Shown: positions 26,561 to 34,787 of the stretch, in pieces
How the letters are laid out: each line of letters opens with the position of its first letter
Position numbering within the stretch: position 1 is the first letter of the stretch
DNA from: an uncultured Candidatus Saccharibacteria bacterium
Lineage (GTDB): Bacteria; Patescibacteriota; Minisyncoccia; 2-02-FULL-40-12; GWA2-44-9
DNA: 39,828 nt
Reading direction: 5' to 3'
Assembly: GCA_964587505.1 (NCBI GenBank)
Contig: CAZPLD010000002.1
Span: forward strand, 1 to 39,828
Translations under genes and position numbers: made by a program
The notes under the pieces: generated by a model
Databases searched by the model: none
What the model saw: only the letters and a program-made list of their open reading frames with translations
What the model was told of the DNA's origin: nothing

Positions 26561-27516
26561 TCTTTACGCCTGGCAATAATTAAAAATTGGCCATCAATGC
26601 CCGGCATTATCACATGCGACAACCCTAGGGTTTTAATTAAAGCCAAAAATAACTTTTTTAGATTAAAGGCGGAAGTTCTTAAGGGTTTATTTTCCGTTAA
26701 GCGACCGAAATAATCAAAAAACCTGCCAAAAAAATCCTCAACTGTAAAATAAAATACGTTAGGGAATGTTTTAGGTATGACATTCAATATCTCAAAACCA
26801 TTTTTTTCCAAAAGGTTGCTTAGCGTTTTGGCGCTAAAATAATATAAATGCTCCGGTGGCCGGATTGTCCATCGTCCTATCATCGAATCCATATCGACCG
26901 TCGAAGCGGCCAATATACCCCCTGGTTTTAAAAGACGCATAGCTTCACTGACCTCATCTTGAGGGTTTTGAAAATGCTCTATCGTTCCAAGCATCATTGC
27001 GACATCAAAAAAGTTATTTTCATAATTCATATTTTTCAAATAGCCCTGTCTCGCGTTGACGATATTCAGGGTCTCGCGGGCGTATTTAACCGCTTCTCCA
27101 TTTAAGTCATTGCCCCAAATATCAAAGCCGGCCCGCCTAGCCACATCTAACGAGAAGCCGTAAGCACACCCGATATCTAAAAGTTTTCCCCTATTACAAA
27201 ACTTTCTTATCGCGTTTATTACGACTTGGCCGTTTTTAGTAATGGCATCTTTGTCGGCCATGTAATCAGCATAGCCCAATGTTTTATCACCTCTTAAAAA
27301 ATAATCCGGCGACTCATAAAATTTGTTAAAGTCGTCTTTGTCGGGTTGAGGATTAACATAGATTAGATCATCATTCAGACATCGCACTAAATTAAAACCG
27401 TTATTAATGGCGAAAACCTTCGTCCTATCCTGATTGCAAATTATACAATTGACTTGCTTCATTTGGGGTTTTATATAACCGTCATTCATTCTACACATTA
27501 TGTTGCTACCAGGCAA
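26557..27516 (-). CDS. Class I SAM-dependent methyltransferase with N-terminal zinc-ribbon-like segment
   Basis: Motif I LLDIGCAYGF, then FDVAMMLGTIEHF and LKPGGILAASTV. The C-terminal FLIIARRKE matches the FLIIARKV tail of the paralogue at 3650-4531. The start may lie at a downstream ATG (for example MKQVNCIICNQD), because the ORF-track start is a TTG. Confidence 0.8.
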   Translation of the reverse strand: MPGSNIMCRMNDGYIKPQMKQVNCIICNQDRTKVFAINNGFNLVRCLNDDLIYVNPQPDKDDFNKFYESPDYFLRGDKTLGYADYMADKDAITKNGQVVINAIRKFCNRGKLLDIGCAYGFSLDVARRAGFDIWGNDLNGEAVKYARETLNIVNARQGYLKNMNYENNFFDVAMMLGTIEHFQNPQDEVSEAMRLLKPGGILAASTVDMDSMIGRWTIRPPEHLYYFSAKTLSNLLEKNGFEILNVIPKTFPNVFYFTVEDFFGRFFDYFGRLTENKPLRTSAFNLKKLFLALIKTLGLSHVIMPGIDGQFLIIARRKE

Positions 27517-27551
27517 CTTTTGTAAAATAAAATCGCTCTTTTGGAGCGAAG

Positions 27552-29216
27552 TTAATCCCTGGGACGAGGCGCGGGGTATGTGACGGTTTTTTTCATTTCA
27601 GGCATTGCCCTTAACACTTCAATCTTGAAACCCTTAATAAAACTCTTTAGGCCCGTTAGAGCATTGCCAAATTTAATGGGATAAATATAGTATTTTAGAG
27701 TAATCACTTTAATGATGTAATAAATAGCCAAATACAGTCTGTTCGGTTCAAACCTTTTTGTTAAAACATTGAGTATAAATTCAACCAAAAAGTTGCAAGC
27801 CCAATTATATAACCGGCCCAACAATCTGATCGGGCCACAAAATATTGACAGGTGATTTTGACTCAAAAAATCGTCAAGCTTTTGCATTTTTCGCGAAAAC
27901 CATGTTGCCATATTCCCGATAAAAAGCGCCAACCCGCCAAGATATAAAATATTTTTCTGCTGGTCTTTTTCTTCTTCAGTAAAACAGCTAAGCGGCGAAC
28001 GCTCCATCAACGACTCGCTCATTTTATCAGGGTCCATCTTAAAATATCCTTTATCTTCGCAATATTTCCCGATTTCCGTTCCAGGATAGGGCATGAGAAT
28101 GGAAAAGCTTGAAAATTTAACTCCGGAAGCGATGTCCAGACGCACTGCGTCTTTATCGTCTTCTATGGTAGCGTCAGGAACGCCCAAGATCATGTTGTTA
28201 AAGATACCAATGCCATAGTGCTCCGCCATTCTAAATTTGTCGATAACGTCTTGATTGGTAAATTTTTTCTTAATGACCCTTTTGCGAACTTCTATATTGG
28301 CGTGGTCTACGGCAACATTCAACGATACACAGCCGGCTTCTTTAAGAAGTTTGAGCATGTCCTCGGTTATTGAATCCACTCTGACAAGCGCGTTAAACGG
28401 TATTCCTACCTTCCTAGGATAAATTTTAACAAACTCCTGGAGCCATCTGTCCACATGGAGAACAAAAAGGTCGTCTTCAAATTTAATAAATTCAACCGGC
28501 CATTTTGATTTTACTTGGAGAATTTCTTCACATACCCGTTCCGGCGAATGCCTTCGCTCATATTTGCCGGACTGCCTGCCTGTTTTTGTATCAAGCACTT
28601 GAATAACACCCATGGCTTTTTCTTCTCTGTACATTTTCTTTAGCACCGGCTCAAAGCAATAAGTGCACGGAAACGGACAACCTCGGGAAGTAATAAATGT
28701 TTTTAACGGGAAACCGCCAATAGGAGTATTCGCAAAAAGCAGGTCTCGGTCGGGAAAGGGCAATGTATCCAAGTCACCAATTAAGTCCCGCTTCTTATTG
28801 ACCCCGCCGGTCTTGGTACCGATATTTAAGATATCTTGTATGTCTTTCCCGGCTTCAAGCCGGTTCAAGAGTTCCGCAAAAGCCCCTTCGCCTTCCCCCA
28901 CGGCGATTGCGTCAATGGGTTGATAGTCAATGCATTGAGAATAATATGTGGGATGCGAACCGCCCATTATTGTAAAAACGTGCGGAAATCTTTCCCTGAT
29001 CTGCCTATTTAAGTTGAAATATCCTTGATGCTCTCCGGTAACAGCGCTGTAAGCAATGACTCCCGGCTTATAATCAGCAATCTTCTGAAACACATCGCCC
29101 CCTTCAATAACCGCAAGGTCCATTTCATGGCCCTCGTTTTTGCCGGCAGCAGACAAGTAACAAATTCCCATCGGATCAATAAAGTCGCTTCTTTGGATAA
29201 GCCACAAAACCCTCAT
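27552..29216 (-). CDS. Cobalamin-binding-domain (class B) radical SAM enzyme
   Basis: 554 aa. N-terminal MRVLWLI..FIDPMGICYLSAA..VIAYSAVTG..TIMGGSHP. Cluster motif SRGCPFPCTYC. The C-terminal region is hydrophobic or amphipathic. Confidence 0.85.
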   Translation of the reverse strand: MRVLWLIQRSDFIDPMGICYLSAAGKNEGHEMDLAVIEGGDVFQKIADYKPGVIAYSAVTGEHQGYFNLNRQIRERFPHVFTIMGGSHPTYYSQCIDYQPIDAIAVGEGEGAFAELLNRLEAGKDIQDILNIGTKTGGVNKKRDLIGDLDTLPFPDRDLLFANTPIGGFPLKTFITSRGCPFPCTYCFEPVLKKMYREEKAMGVIQVLDTKTGRQSGKYERRHSPERVCEEILQVKSKWPVEFIKFEDDLFVLHVDRWLQEFVKIYPRKVGIPFNALVRVDSITEDMLKLLKEAGCVSLNVAVDHANIEVRKRVIKKKFTNQDVIDKFRMAEHYGIGIFNNMILGVPDATIEDDKDAVRLDIASGVKFSSFSILMPYPGTEIGKYCEDKGYFKMDPDKMSESLMERSPLSCFTEEEKDQQKNILYLGGLALFIGNMATWFSRKMQKLDDFLSQNHLSIFCGPIRLLGRLYNWACNFLVEFILNVLTKRFEPNRLYLAIYYIIKVITLKYYIYPIKFGNALTGLKSFIKGFKIEVLRAMPEMKKTVTYPAPRPRD

Positions 29217-29290
29217 GTTTATCCTTTTGTTTTCAAAAAACTATGTTAATTATAGTAAAATAAAAAAACCAAAATGTAAAGCTACGACTA

Positions 29291-29325
29291 AAATAAAAAC
29301 AAAAAACAGCGATTATTCGCTGTTT
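29291..29325 (-). terminator. Intrinsic terminator after the GT2 gene at 29330-30094
   Basis: The minus strand reads AAACAGCGA-ATAA-TCGCTGTTT followed by TTTGTTTTTATTTT. The 9-bp stem spans 29304-29325 and begins 5 nt past the stop. Confidence 0.7.
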
Positions 29326-29329
29326 GAAG

Positions 29330-30094
29330 CTATGCTTTTTTTACTAAGAGACCAGGCCGAAACCAAACCTGCCAGAACAATCTTAGAAGCGTCTTTCCGA
29401 TTCCGATAACATTATCGAGCTTGAAAGCGGCTCCGCTTGTTTTACCTTGCTTAAGAATTATAGGAACTTCTTTATAAGTTAAGTCGGGATGAGATTTCTT
29501 AGCTGATACAAATGCCTCGACATTATATGCAAAACTATCATTTTTCAAATTTAATGATTGCAATAACTTCCTAGGATAAATTGAAGCACCGTTGTAATAA
29601 GTCAAATGGAGACCATAAAGCAAATTGCACAATGCAGTAAATATTCGCGAAAGGACTCTTCTAAACAACGTTCTCGATTCCATGTTGGCCGTATACGACA
29701 AAACAACTTCCGCTTCACCCACATGAGACAAGACCGACATAACATTTTCCGTACTGAACTCGCTATCACAAAAAATACAAGTTATATATTCCTTGGTTGC
29801 CATTTCAACGCCTTGCCGGTATTTGAAACCGACATTGATGTAATCTCGATTATGAACGGTTTTGATTTTTGGATTTTTCAACTCTAACGCCCTGGCAGTA
29901 ACGGGCGTCTCATCATTAATCCCGTTCTCATCGGCGTTTGTGATAATAAAAATCTCGTAATCTGCAAGTCCCAATTTTTCTAAAGCACTGGTTACCACCG
30001 AAATAAACGGTTCCAAAATTTTGGCCTTTTTATAAGCCGGGACAATAACGGTAATTGAAGGCATTATCTTTGTTTCCATAGATTCATTAGACAC
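29330..30094 (-). CDS. GT2-family glycosyltransferase (paralogue A)
   Basis: ITVIVPAYKK.., ..IFIITNADENG, GFKYRQG, and the DXD-equivalent FCDSEF. It shares YYNG and D(S/N)FAY blocks with the ORF at 32081-32818. The start is ambiguous (GTG 30094, ATG 30079 or ATG 30064). An AAGGAG lies just upstream. Confidence 0.75.
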   Translation of the reverse strand: MSNESMETKIMPSITVIVPAYKKAKILEPFISVVTSALEKLGLADYEIFIITNADENGINDETPVTARALELKNPKIKTVHNRDYINVGFKYRQGVEMATKEYITCIFCDSEFSTENVMSVLSHVGEAEVVLSYTANMESRTLFRRVLSRIFTALCNLLYGLHLTYYNGASIYPRKLLQSLNLKNDSFAYNVEAFVSAKKSHPDLTYKEVPIILKQGKTSGAAFKLDNVIGIGKTLLRLFWQVWFRPGLLVKKA

Positions 30095-30134
30095 CTACTC
30101 CTTATAATTATCAATGGACTTAAGTTTTGTTGAG

Positions 30135-30163
30135 AAAATAACAAAAAAAAACTTTTTTGTCAA
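30135..30163 (-). promoter_or_regulatory. Sigma70-like promoter TTGACA-17-TATTTT for GT2 paralogue A, directly after the upstream terminator. The spacer contains a T9 homopolymer.
   Basis: Minus strand: -35 at 30158-30163 and -10 at 30135-30140. The 17-nt spacer includes the A9/T9 run at 30143-30151. Confidence 0.45.
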
Positions 30164-30184
30164 AAAACGCCTTGTGGAGGCGTT
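30160..30184 (-). terminator. Intrinsic terminator after the rSAM-kinase pair
   Basis: The minus strand reads AACGCCT-CCACA-AGGCGTT followed by TTTTGAC. The stem spans 30166-30184 and overlaps the TAA stop of the kinase gene. Confidence 0.6.
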
Positions 30185-30722
30185 ATGGGGACAAATAGTG
30201 TTTTATGTCACTTAGGCATTGCTCAAATGATTGCGATGTGTCAACTGACAGGCATTCCGACTCCGGTTTTTTAATCTTATTTTTAAACATTCGGTAATCT
30301 TCTAATCTCACCGGTGCCGCACCTTCTAGTCTTGAGCTTATCCTTTTTTGAATTTCTTCATCACTATCTTGTGAAATATGGCACCATATAATTTTCAAAT
30401 CCGCACCGGTTTCTATGACAACCTCTCTTAATAAACTTTCACGACTGCCAAGATGGGGCATCTCAACCACCAAAGACAGTCCCAAATTTAGAAAAAACCT
30501 TATAATTTCGAAAAGATAATCGTAGGCTTTTACGGTTTGGCTATTACACAACTCCAAAGAATTTTCATCAACCCAATCTTTGGGACCGGATAGCTGGCCA
30601 TAGATAGCGACCCTTACTTCATCGATGGATACGGATGGTATTTTCTCAACCTCGGCAATCTTCTTAGTAAGTGTGCTTTTACCGGACAACTGAACCCCAA
30701 GAAACAAAATTAATCTTGGCAT
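30183..30722 (-). CDS. P-loop NTPase / small-molecule or nucleotide kinase-like protein (AAA_33-like)
   Basis: Walker A GVQLSGKST lies near the N-terminus, and hydrophobic strand + acidic LSLVVEMP is a Walker B-like segment. Start set at ATG 30722, preceded by GAGG at 6 nt. The ORF-track TTG at 30734 would overlap the rSAM stop. Confidence 0.65.
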   Translation of the reverse strand: MPRLILFLGVQLSGKSTLTKKIAEVEKIPSVSIDEVRVAIYGQLSGPKDWVDENSLELCNSQTVKAYDYLFEIIRFFLNLGLSLVVEMPHLGSRESLLREVVIETGADLKIIWCHISQDSDEEIQKRISSRLEGAAPVRLEDYRMFKNKIKKPESECLSVDTSQSFEQCLSDIKHYLSP

Positions 30723-30730
30723 GGCAGGCC

Positions 30731-31948
30731 TCAAATGAAATTCACGTTCTTGGGAATAGGTAAACGAGTTAATTGGATTAACCGGCTTTCCAATTCTTGC
30801 GGTTCGGAATTTTTCAAATCCTCAAGAACTTCGTTAACATTGTGCATCCGGCAGTTTTTCCGGCAAACAGATATGTCAAAATTTTTCATAAATTCTATGT
30901 GTTGTCTGCGTTTCGCTCCCCACCAGATTTGCTCAAAGGTCTGCTCCTTGATATTGCCAAGATCAAAATCTGAATTGCTATTGTGGGCGGCGCAACTGAT
31001 AATCACGCCGTCAGATTGCAAATAGGCCCACGACATCGGCGTAGCCAGACACTTTTCATATTTACGCTCTACTGCCTGATAATCAAGAAACGCCTTCCAG
31101 CGAAATACGACCTTGAAACTGTCGTCCTCGAGTGTTCTTAATTCGACTTCAATATCGTCAAGTTTTTTTTCAAATCCACTATAAGACATCTGACCATATC
31201 TTTTCTCTGTTCCTAAGCTGTATGGATTCTGACCGTAGGGTTTAATGACAACATGGTCAAGACCAATCTCTTTGGCCTTGCGGGCAAGAAGAGGCGCCTC
31301 GCACCAATTGGCTGGCACCGAATTACCTTTCACATCCAAAGTATCACTAACAAGTAAGACCGTCTGACAGCCAATTTCGCATTTATAGTTACGCTGGGCC
31401 CTTAATTCAACTGCCTTAGCAAGATTGCGCCAAACCTTATCCCAATGTTCCGGAAGAGTTTGATGAACCAGCGAATAAGTTTCTTTCGTGCCGGCATTGA
31501 TGCTGGCTTTTATCCAAGAGAGGTGTTCAAGGGACTGGTCAGAAAATTTTTCGGTTAGTCCTGTAGCGTTAGTGGTCAAAGCGGACTCAATTCCATTCTC
31601 AAACGTAAATCGTATAATTTTCTGAAGTTCCGGATGAAGGGTCGGCTCGCCTTCCCCAGCAAACATCAAACTTTTGACGCCAAGTCCGTTTAAGTCCCTT
31701 TCCCTAAGTTGTCTCAATTCCGTTACAAATTTGATCAAAAGCTCGGACGACAAGCTGCGATTCGGGTAACCCATAACTTCTTTGGCGCAGAAAGTACAGC
31801 GATGATTGCAAAGACCTATCGGCGAAACCTCAATATAAATAGGCGGGGTCGAGAATGAATCTTCCCGCCATCGTCTTATCCAATCGGGGTGATAAACAAT
31901 CTTTTGACTGTCGAATTGGGAGTCAAATTTCTCTTTGTTTTTAAGCAT
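30731..31948 (-). CDS. Radical SAM enzyme with C-terminal SPASM/twitch-like auxiliary Cys domain
   Basis: 405 aa. Cluster motif CNHRCTFC, the GGE-like MFAGEGEPTLHP, and a C-terminal C-x20-C..GNI..F.QIW..CRKNC pattern resembling partial SPASM (twitch) domains. Confidence 0.8.
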   Translation of the reverse strand: MLKNKEKFDSQFDSQKIVYHPDWIRRWREDSFSTPPIYIEVSPIGLCNHRCTFCAKEVMGYPNRSLSSELLIKFVTELRQLRERDLNGLGVKSLMFAGEGEPTLHPELQKIIRFTFENGIESALTTNATGLTEKFSDQSLEHLSWIKASINAGTKETYSLVHQTLPEHWDKVWRNLAKAVELRAQRNYKCEIGCQTVLLVSDTLDVKGNSVPANWCEAPLLARKAKEIGLDHVVIKPYGQNPYSLGTEKRYGQMSYSGFEKKLDDIEVELRTLEDDSFKVVFRWKAFLDYQAVERKYEKCLATPMSWAYLQSDGVIISCAAHNSNSDFDLGNIKEQTFEQIWWGAKRRQHIEFMKNFDISVCRKNCRMHNVNEVLEDLKNSEPQELESRLIQLTRLPIPKNVNFI

Positions 31949-31980
31949 TCCTCACCTAACTTTTAAAAAACTTTGAAGAC

Positions 31981-32046
31981 ACAATACCAGCTTATTTACT
32001 ATTTAGCAAATGTATTGTTGTCACGTAACAACTTTTGTGTTATAAA
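31981..32046. promoter_or_regulatory. Divergent promoter region. Minus strand: TTGCTA-17-TATTGT for the rSAM-kinase pair. Plus strand: TTGTCA-17-TATAAA for GT2 paralogue B.
   Basis: Minus strand: -10 at 31981-31986 and -35 at 32004-32009. Plus strand: -35 at 32018-32023 and -10 at 32041-32046. The RBS AAGAGG (32067-32072) lies 8 nt before ATG 32081. Confidence 0.4.
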
Positions 32047-32080
32047 TTTAGAAAAGTTGTTTGACAAAGAGGCGGTATAA

Positions 32081-32818
32081 ATGGGCCACACGGTCAGCAT
32101 CGTCATGCCGGCCCACAGAGAGCTGGGCAATCTGGAAGGAGCAGTAAATTATGTATCTGACGAAATCGAGCTTCTTTCCAAAGCAGGAAAAATCAATGAT
32201 TGGGAAATTATAATCGTTGACTCATTAGAGAAAGACGGCTCCACAGACGGAACGCCGCAACTTGCCGACCTGCTTGCAGAAGTAAACGGTCGCATTAAGG
32301 TTATTCACAACAATGGTTACGTAAATCTGGGACACAAATACAAACAAGGCCTGTCAACGGCCAAATTTGATTATTTCATGATGGTGCCAGGTAAAAACAC
32401 TCTCCACGGAGCTTCGCTTAAAAACCTTTTAGACAACATACCCGAAAGCGGGATAGTTATCGGTTATCAAGCAGACATGAGCCGGCGGCCGTTTAAGCGT
32501 CGACTAATTTCAAAATCATTCACGATTTTTATGAATTTTGTCTTCAGATTGAATTTGAAATATTATAACGGCACAACTGTCATTCCGACTCATATTCTTC
32601 GCGAAATAGAACCCAACACCGATAACTTTGCCTACATGGCTGAAATATTAGTCATTCTCCTTAAAAGATACCGGCTTCCCCATATTGAAGTTCCTTTTTA
32701 TACCAAGGGGCGAAGAAATTATGGAAACACTAAAGCTACCGAATGGGAAAATGTGGTCAGTATAGCCAAGACAATAATGAGATTGCTTAAAGAAGTAGAA
32801 TTAAGAAAAAATTTATAA
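32081..32818 (+). CDS. GT2-family glycosyltransferase-like protein (paralogue B) lacking the DXD acidic pair
   Basis: VSIVMPAHRE, IIIVDSLEKDGSTDGTP, GHKYKQG, YYNGTTVIP and DNFAY align with paralogue A. The DXD position reads VPGKN (see findings). Confidence 0.7.
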   Translation: MGHTVSIVMPAHRELGNLEGAVNYVSDEIELLSKAGKINDWEIIIVDSLEKDGSTDGTPQLADLLAEVNGRIKVIHNNGYVNLGHKYKQGLSTAKFDYFMMVPGKNTLHGASLKNLLDNIPESGIVIGYQADMSRRPFKRRLISKSFTIFMNFVFRLNLKYYNGTTVIPTHILREIEPNTDNFAYMAEILVILLKRYRLPHIEVPFYTKGRRNYGNTKATEWENVVSIAKTIMRLLKEVELRKNL

Positions 32819-32822
32819 ATTT

Positions 32823-32850
32823 AACGGCCTGATAATGCCGTTTTTATTTT
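32823..32850 (+). terminator. Candidate intrinsic terminator after GT2 paralogue B
   Basis: AACGGC-ctgataat-GCCGTT followed by TTTATTTT. The stem is only 6 bp. Confidence 0.45.
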
Positions 32851-32870
32851 AAATTCCAAAAAATATGCCT

Positions 32871-32898
32871 ACATAAAACTCCGCGTGAAAGCGGAGTT
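32871..32898 (-). terminator. Intrinsic terminator after the ThDP enzyme gene
   Basis: The minus strand reads AACTCCGC-TTTCAC-GCGGAGTT followed by TTATGT. The 8-bp GC-rich stem spans 32877-32898. Confidence 0.65.
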
Positions 32899-32923
32899 GA
32901 TTCTGATTGATAACTTCATTGTT

Positions 32924-34714
32924 TTAGACAGGGTCAATGATCATATTCTCTAAAAATTCTTCTTCCGGCAAAAGCGGGTACATTCTTTCAATCGGTGAAC
33001 TGATATAGCCCTTTGATTTATCTAATAATGACATCGGGATCAGTAACTGATCCGAGGGCATCATTATCTCACACAAAACGGGGCCAGTCATGTTTAATGT
33101 TGTTTGTATGGCTTCGGAAAGGTCTTTTTGAATGTCTACGCCTAATGAAGGGATGCCGTAGGCATCAGCCACCTTTTTAAAATTAGGCGTGCTATAACCG
33201 CTTTCCGGGCTTGAACCAACAAGATGGCCGTCAAAAAATGTTTCTTGAGTATGTCTAATAGTCAAATATGACCTACTGTTTAGAATAAAGATTTTGATCG
33301 GTATCTGATAGTGGGCCACTGTTTGCAGCTCTTGGATATTCATCTGAAAACCGCCATCGCCGTAAATACCGATAATCCTTGAAAGATCTTTTCTGCCAAA
33401 CCAGGCGCCGATAGTAGCCGGCAATCCAAATCCCATGGAAGCAAACCCGGAATTGGTAAACAATCTTTGCTCTTTTCTAACTTTGAAGGCCTGCATGGTA
33501 CAGGTAAAACTCGTCCCCATATCAGTAAGGACCACATCGTTGTCATTGAGTTGAGAACAGATAGTTTTAATGAAAACATAGGAATTGACGCCCTGCTCCA
33601 AAAATTCGTATTCTTTCAGGACAACTGGATATTTGGCCCTCCATTCTTGACACCTTTTTCTCCATCCGTCTATATCCGAAGAAAAAGAATTGTTAAGATA
33701 AGTTAGTAGATATTCTATAAACATTCCTGCATCTGCCCTAACTGGCAAATCTATTTTAATAAGCCCTTTATTTAATTCGTGGTCGTCAATATCAACTACA
33801 ATTTTTTTTGCCGCACGGGCATACATCTTTGGATTAATGCCAACTTGCCGCGTATCCATTCTTGAACCAATACTCAATATTAAATCTGAATTTGCTATGG
33901 CAAAATTTGCTCCCCGCTGGCCTTTTGTTCCGGCAGAACCGACATACAGCGGATGATCATGATTTATAAGATCTATTCCATTCCAAGTGGTGACTACCGG
34001 AAATTGAAGTTTTTCAACCAATTCCAGAAATTTATCTTGAGCTCCGGCAATCCTGATGCCGTGGCCAGCAATCAAGATCGGCCGTTGAGCCATTTTAAGC
34101 ATAGCAACAACATTGGGTATAAGTTTTTGGGAATCTTCATCCAAGCAGGTCTCTTGATAAGAATCCTGACAAAAAGATATGAGTTCGGCCGGTTCAATTT
34201 GAGCGCGCTGAATATCGGCCGGGATATCTATCCAAACCGGTCCGGGTCGGCCATTTTTTGCTCTAAAAACTGCCTCTTCGAGATGATGCCTGATTAGTTC
34301 TGGTTTCTTTACCATCACTGCAAATTTTGTGACTGATCTGACCAGTTCCACAATATTAATTTGCTGAACGCCTAGCTGCCTAATGGTTTTGCCATCTGTA
34401 GTAAGTTCTAGGGGAACTTGCCCGGATATGAAAATACATGGTACAGAATCACACCATGCTCCGCACACGCCGGTTATAGCATTAGTTCCGCCAGGACCAG
34501 AACTTACCAGAGCCACTCCGACTTTCCCGCTTGATCGAGCATATCCTTCAGCAGCCATAGCCGCCGCTTGTTCATGCTGGGTACATATATATTTCAAGCG
34601 GGAACTTTTGCCCAACGAATCAGCAAGATGGGAATTGGCACCACCAACAAGCATAAATACGGTGTCAGCGGCATAGTCAGCAATAAACTGAAATAGATAA
34701 TCGGATAGTTTCAT
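32924..34714 (-). CDS. Thiamine diphosphate-dependent enzyme, acetolactate synthase large-subunit-like (three-domain Pyr/middle/PP architecture)
   Basis: 596 aa. The N-terminal Pyr domain contains VFMLVGGANSHL..HEQAAAMAAEGYAR..SGPGGTN. The ThDP-binding motif is IYGDGGFQMNIQELQT..ILNS (GDG-x24-27-N type). Confidence 0.85.
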   Translation of the reverse strand: MKLSDYLFQFIADYAADTVFMLVGGANSHLADSLGKSSRLKYICTQHEQAAAMAAEGYARSSGKVGVALVSSGPGGTNAITGVCGAWCDSVPCIFISGQVPLELTTDGKTIRQLGVQQINIVELVRSVTKFAVMVKKPELIRHHLEEAVFRAKNGRPGPVWIDIPADIQRAQIEPAELISFCQDSYQETCLDEDSQKLIPNVVAMLKMAQRPILIAGHGIRIAGAQDKFLELVEKLQFPVVTTWNGIDLINHDHPLYVGSAGTKGQRGANFAIANSDLILSIGSRMDTRQVGINPKMYARAAKKIVVDIDDHELNKGLIKIDLPVRADAGMFIEYLLTYLNNSFSSDIDGWRKRCQEWRAKYPVVLKEYEFLEQGVNSYVFIKTICSQLNDNDVVLTDMGTSFTCTMQAFKVRKEQRLFTNSGFASMGFGLPATIGAWFGRKDLSRIIGIYGDGGFQMNIQELQTVAHYQIPIKIFILNSRSYLTIRHTQETFFDGHLVGSSPESGYSTPNFKKVADAYGIPSLGVDIQKDLSEAIQTTLNMTGPVLCEIMMPSDQLLIPMSLLDKSKGYISSPIERMYPLLPEEEFLENMIIDPV

Positions 34715-34752
34715 GGCCGACCTTTCATTGTTAAGGACCTTGGAATATCTGA

Positions 34753-34781
34753 AAATTACTCTAAAATTGACAATCCGTCAA
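34753..34781 (-). promoter_or_regulatory. Possible internal promoter TTGACG-17-TAATTT upstream of the ThDP gene
   Basis: Minus strand: -35 at 34776-34781 and -10 at 34753-34758. A GAAAGG RBS lies 6 nt before ATG 34714. Confidence 0.35.
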
Positions 34782-34787
34782 TAATAA

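Noticed and set aside
30183-31948. The rSAM + nucleotide-kinase-like pair as a prokaryotic viperin-type antiviral module.
   Set aside because: The rSAM is about 405 aa with a C-terminal SPASM/twitch-like Cys domain, and it lacks the viperin-like N-terminal context. It is embedded between paralogous GT2 genes in a glycan locus. I cannot exclude the idea without a profile search, but the evidence points away from it.
34383-34676. A 97-aa Pro/Ala/Ser-rich ORF antisense to the ThDP enzyme gene.
   Set aside because: It is an artefact of locally higher GC on the opposite strand of a well-supported gene, with no start context.
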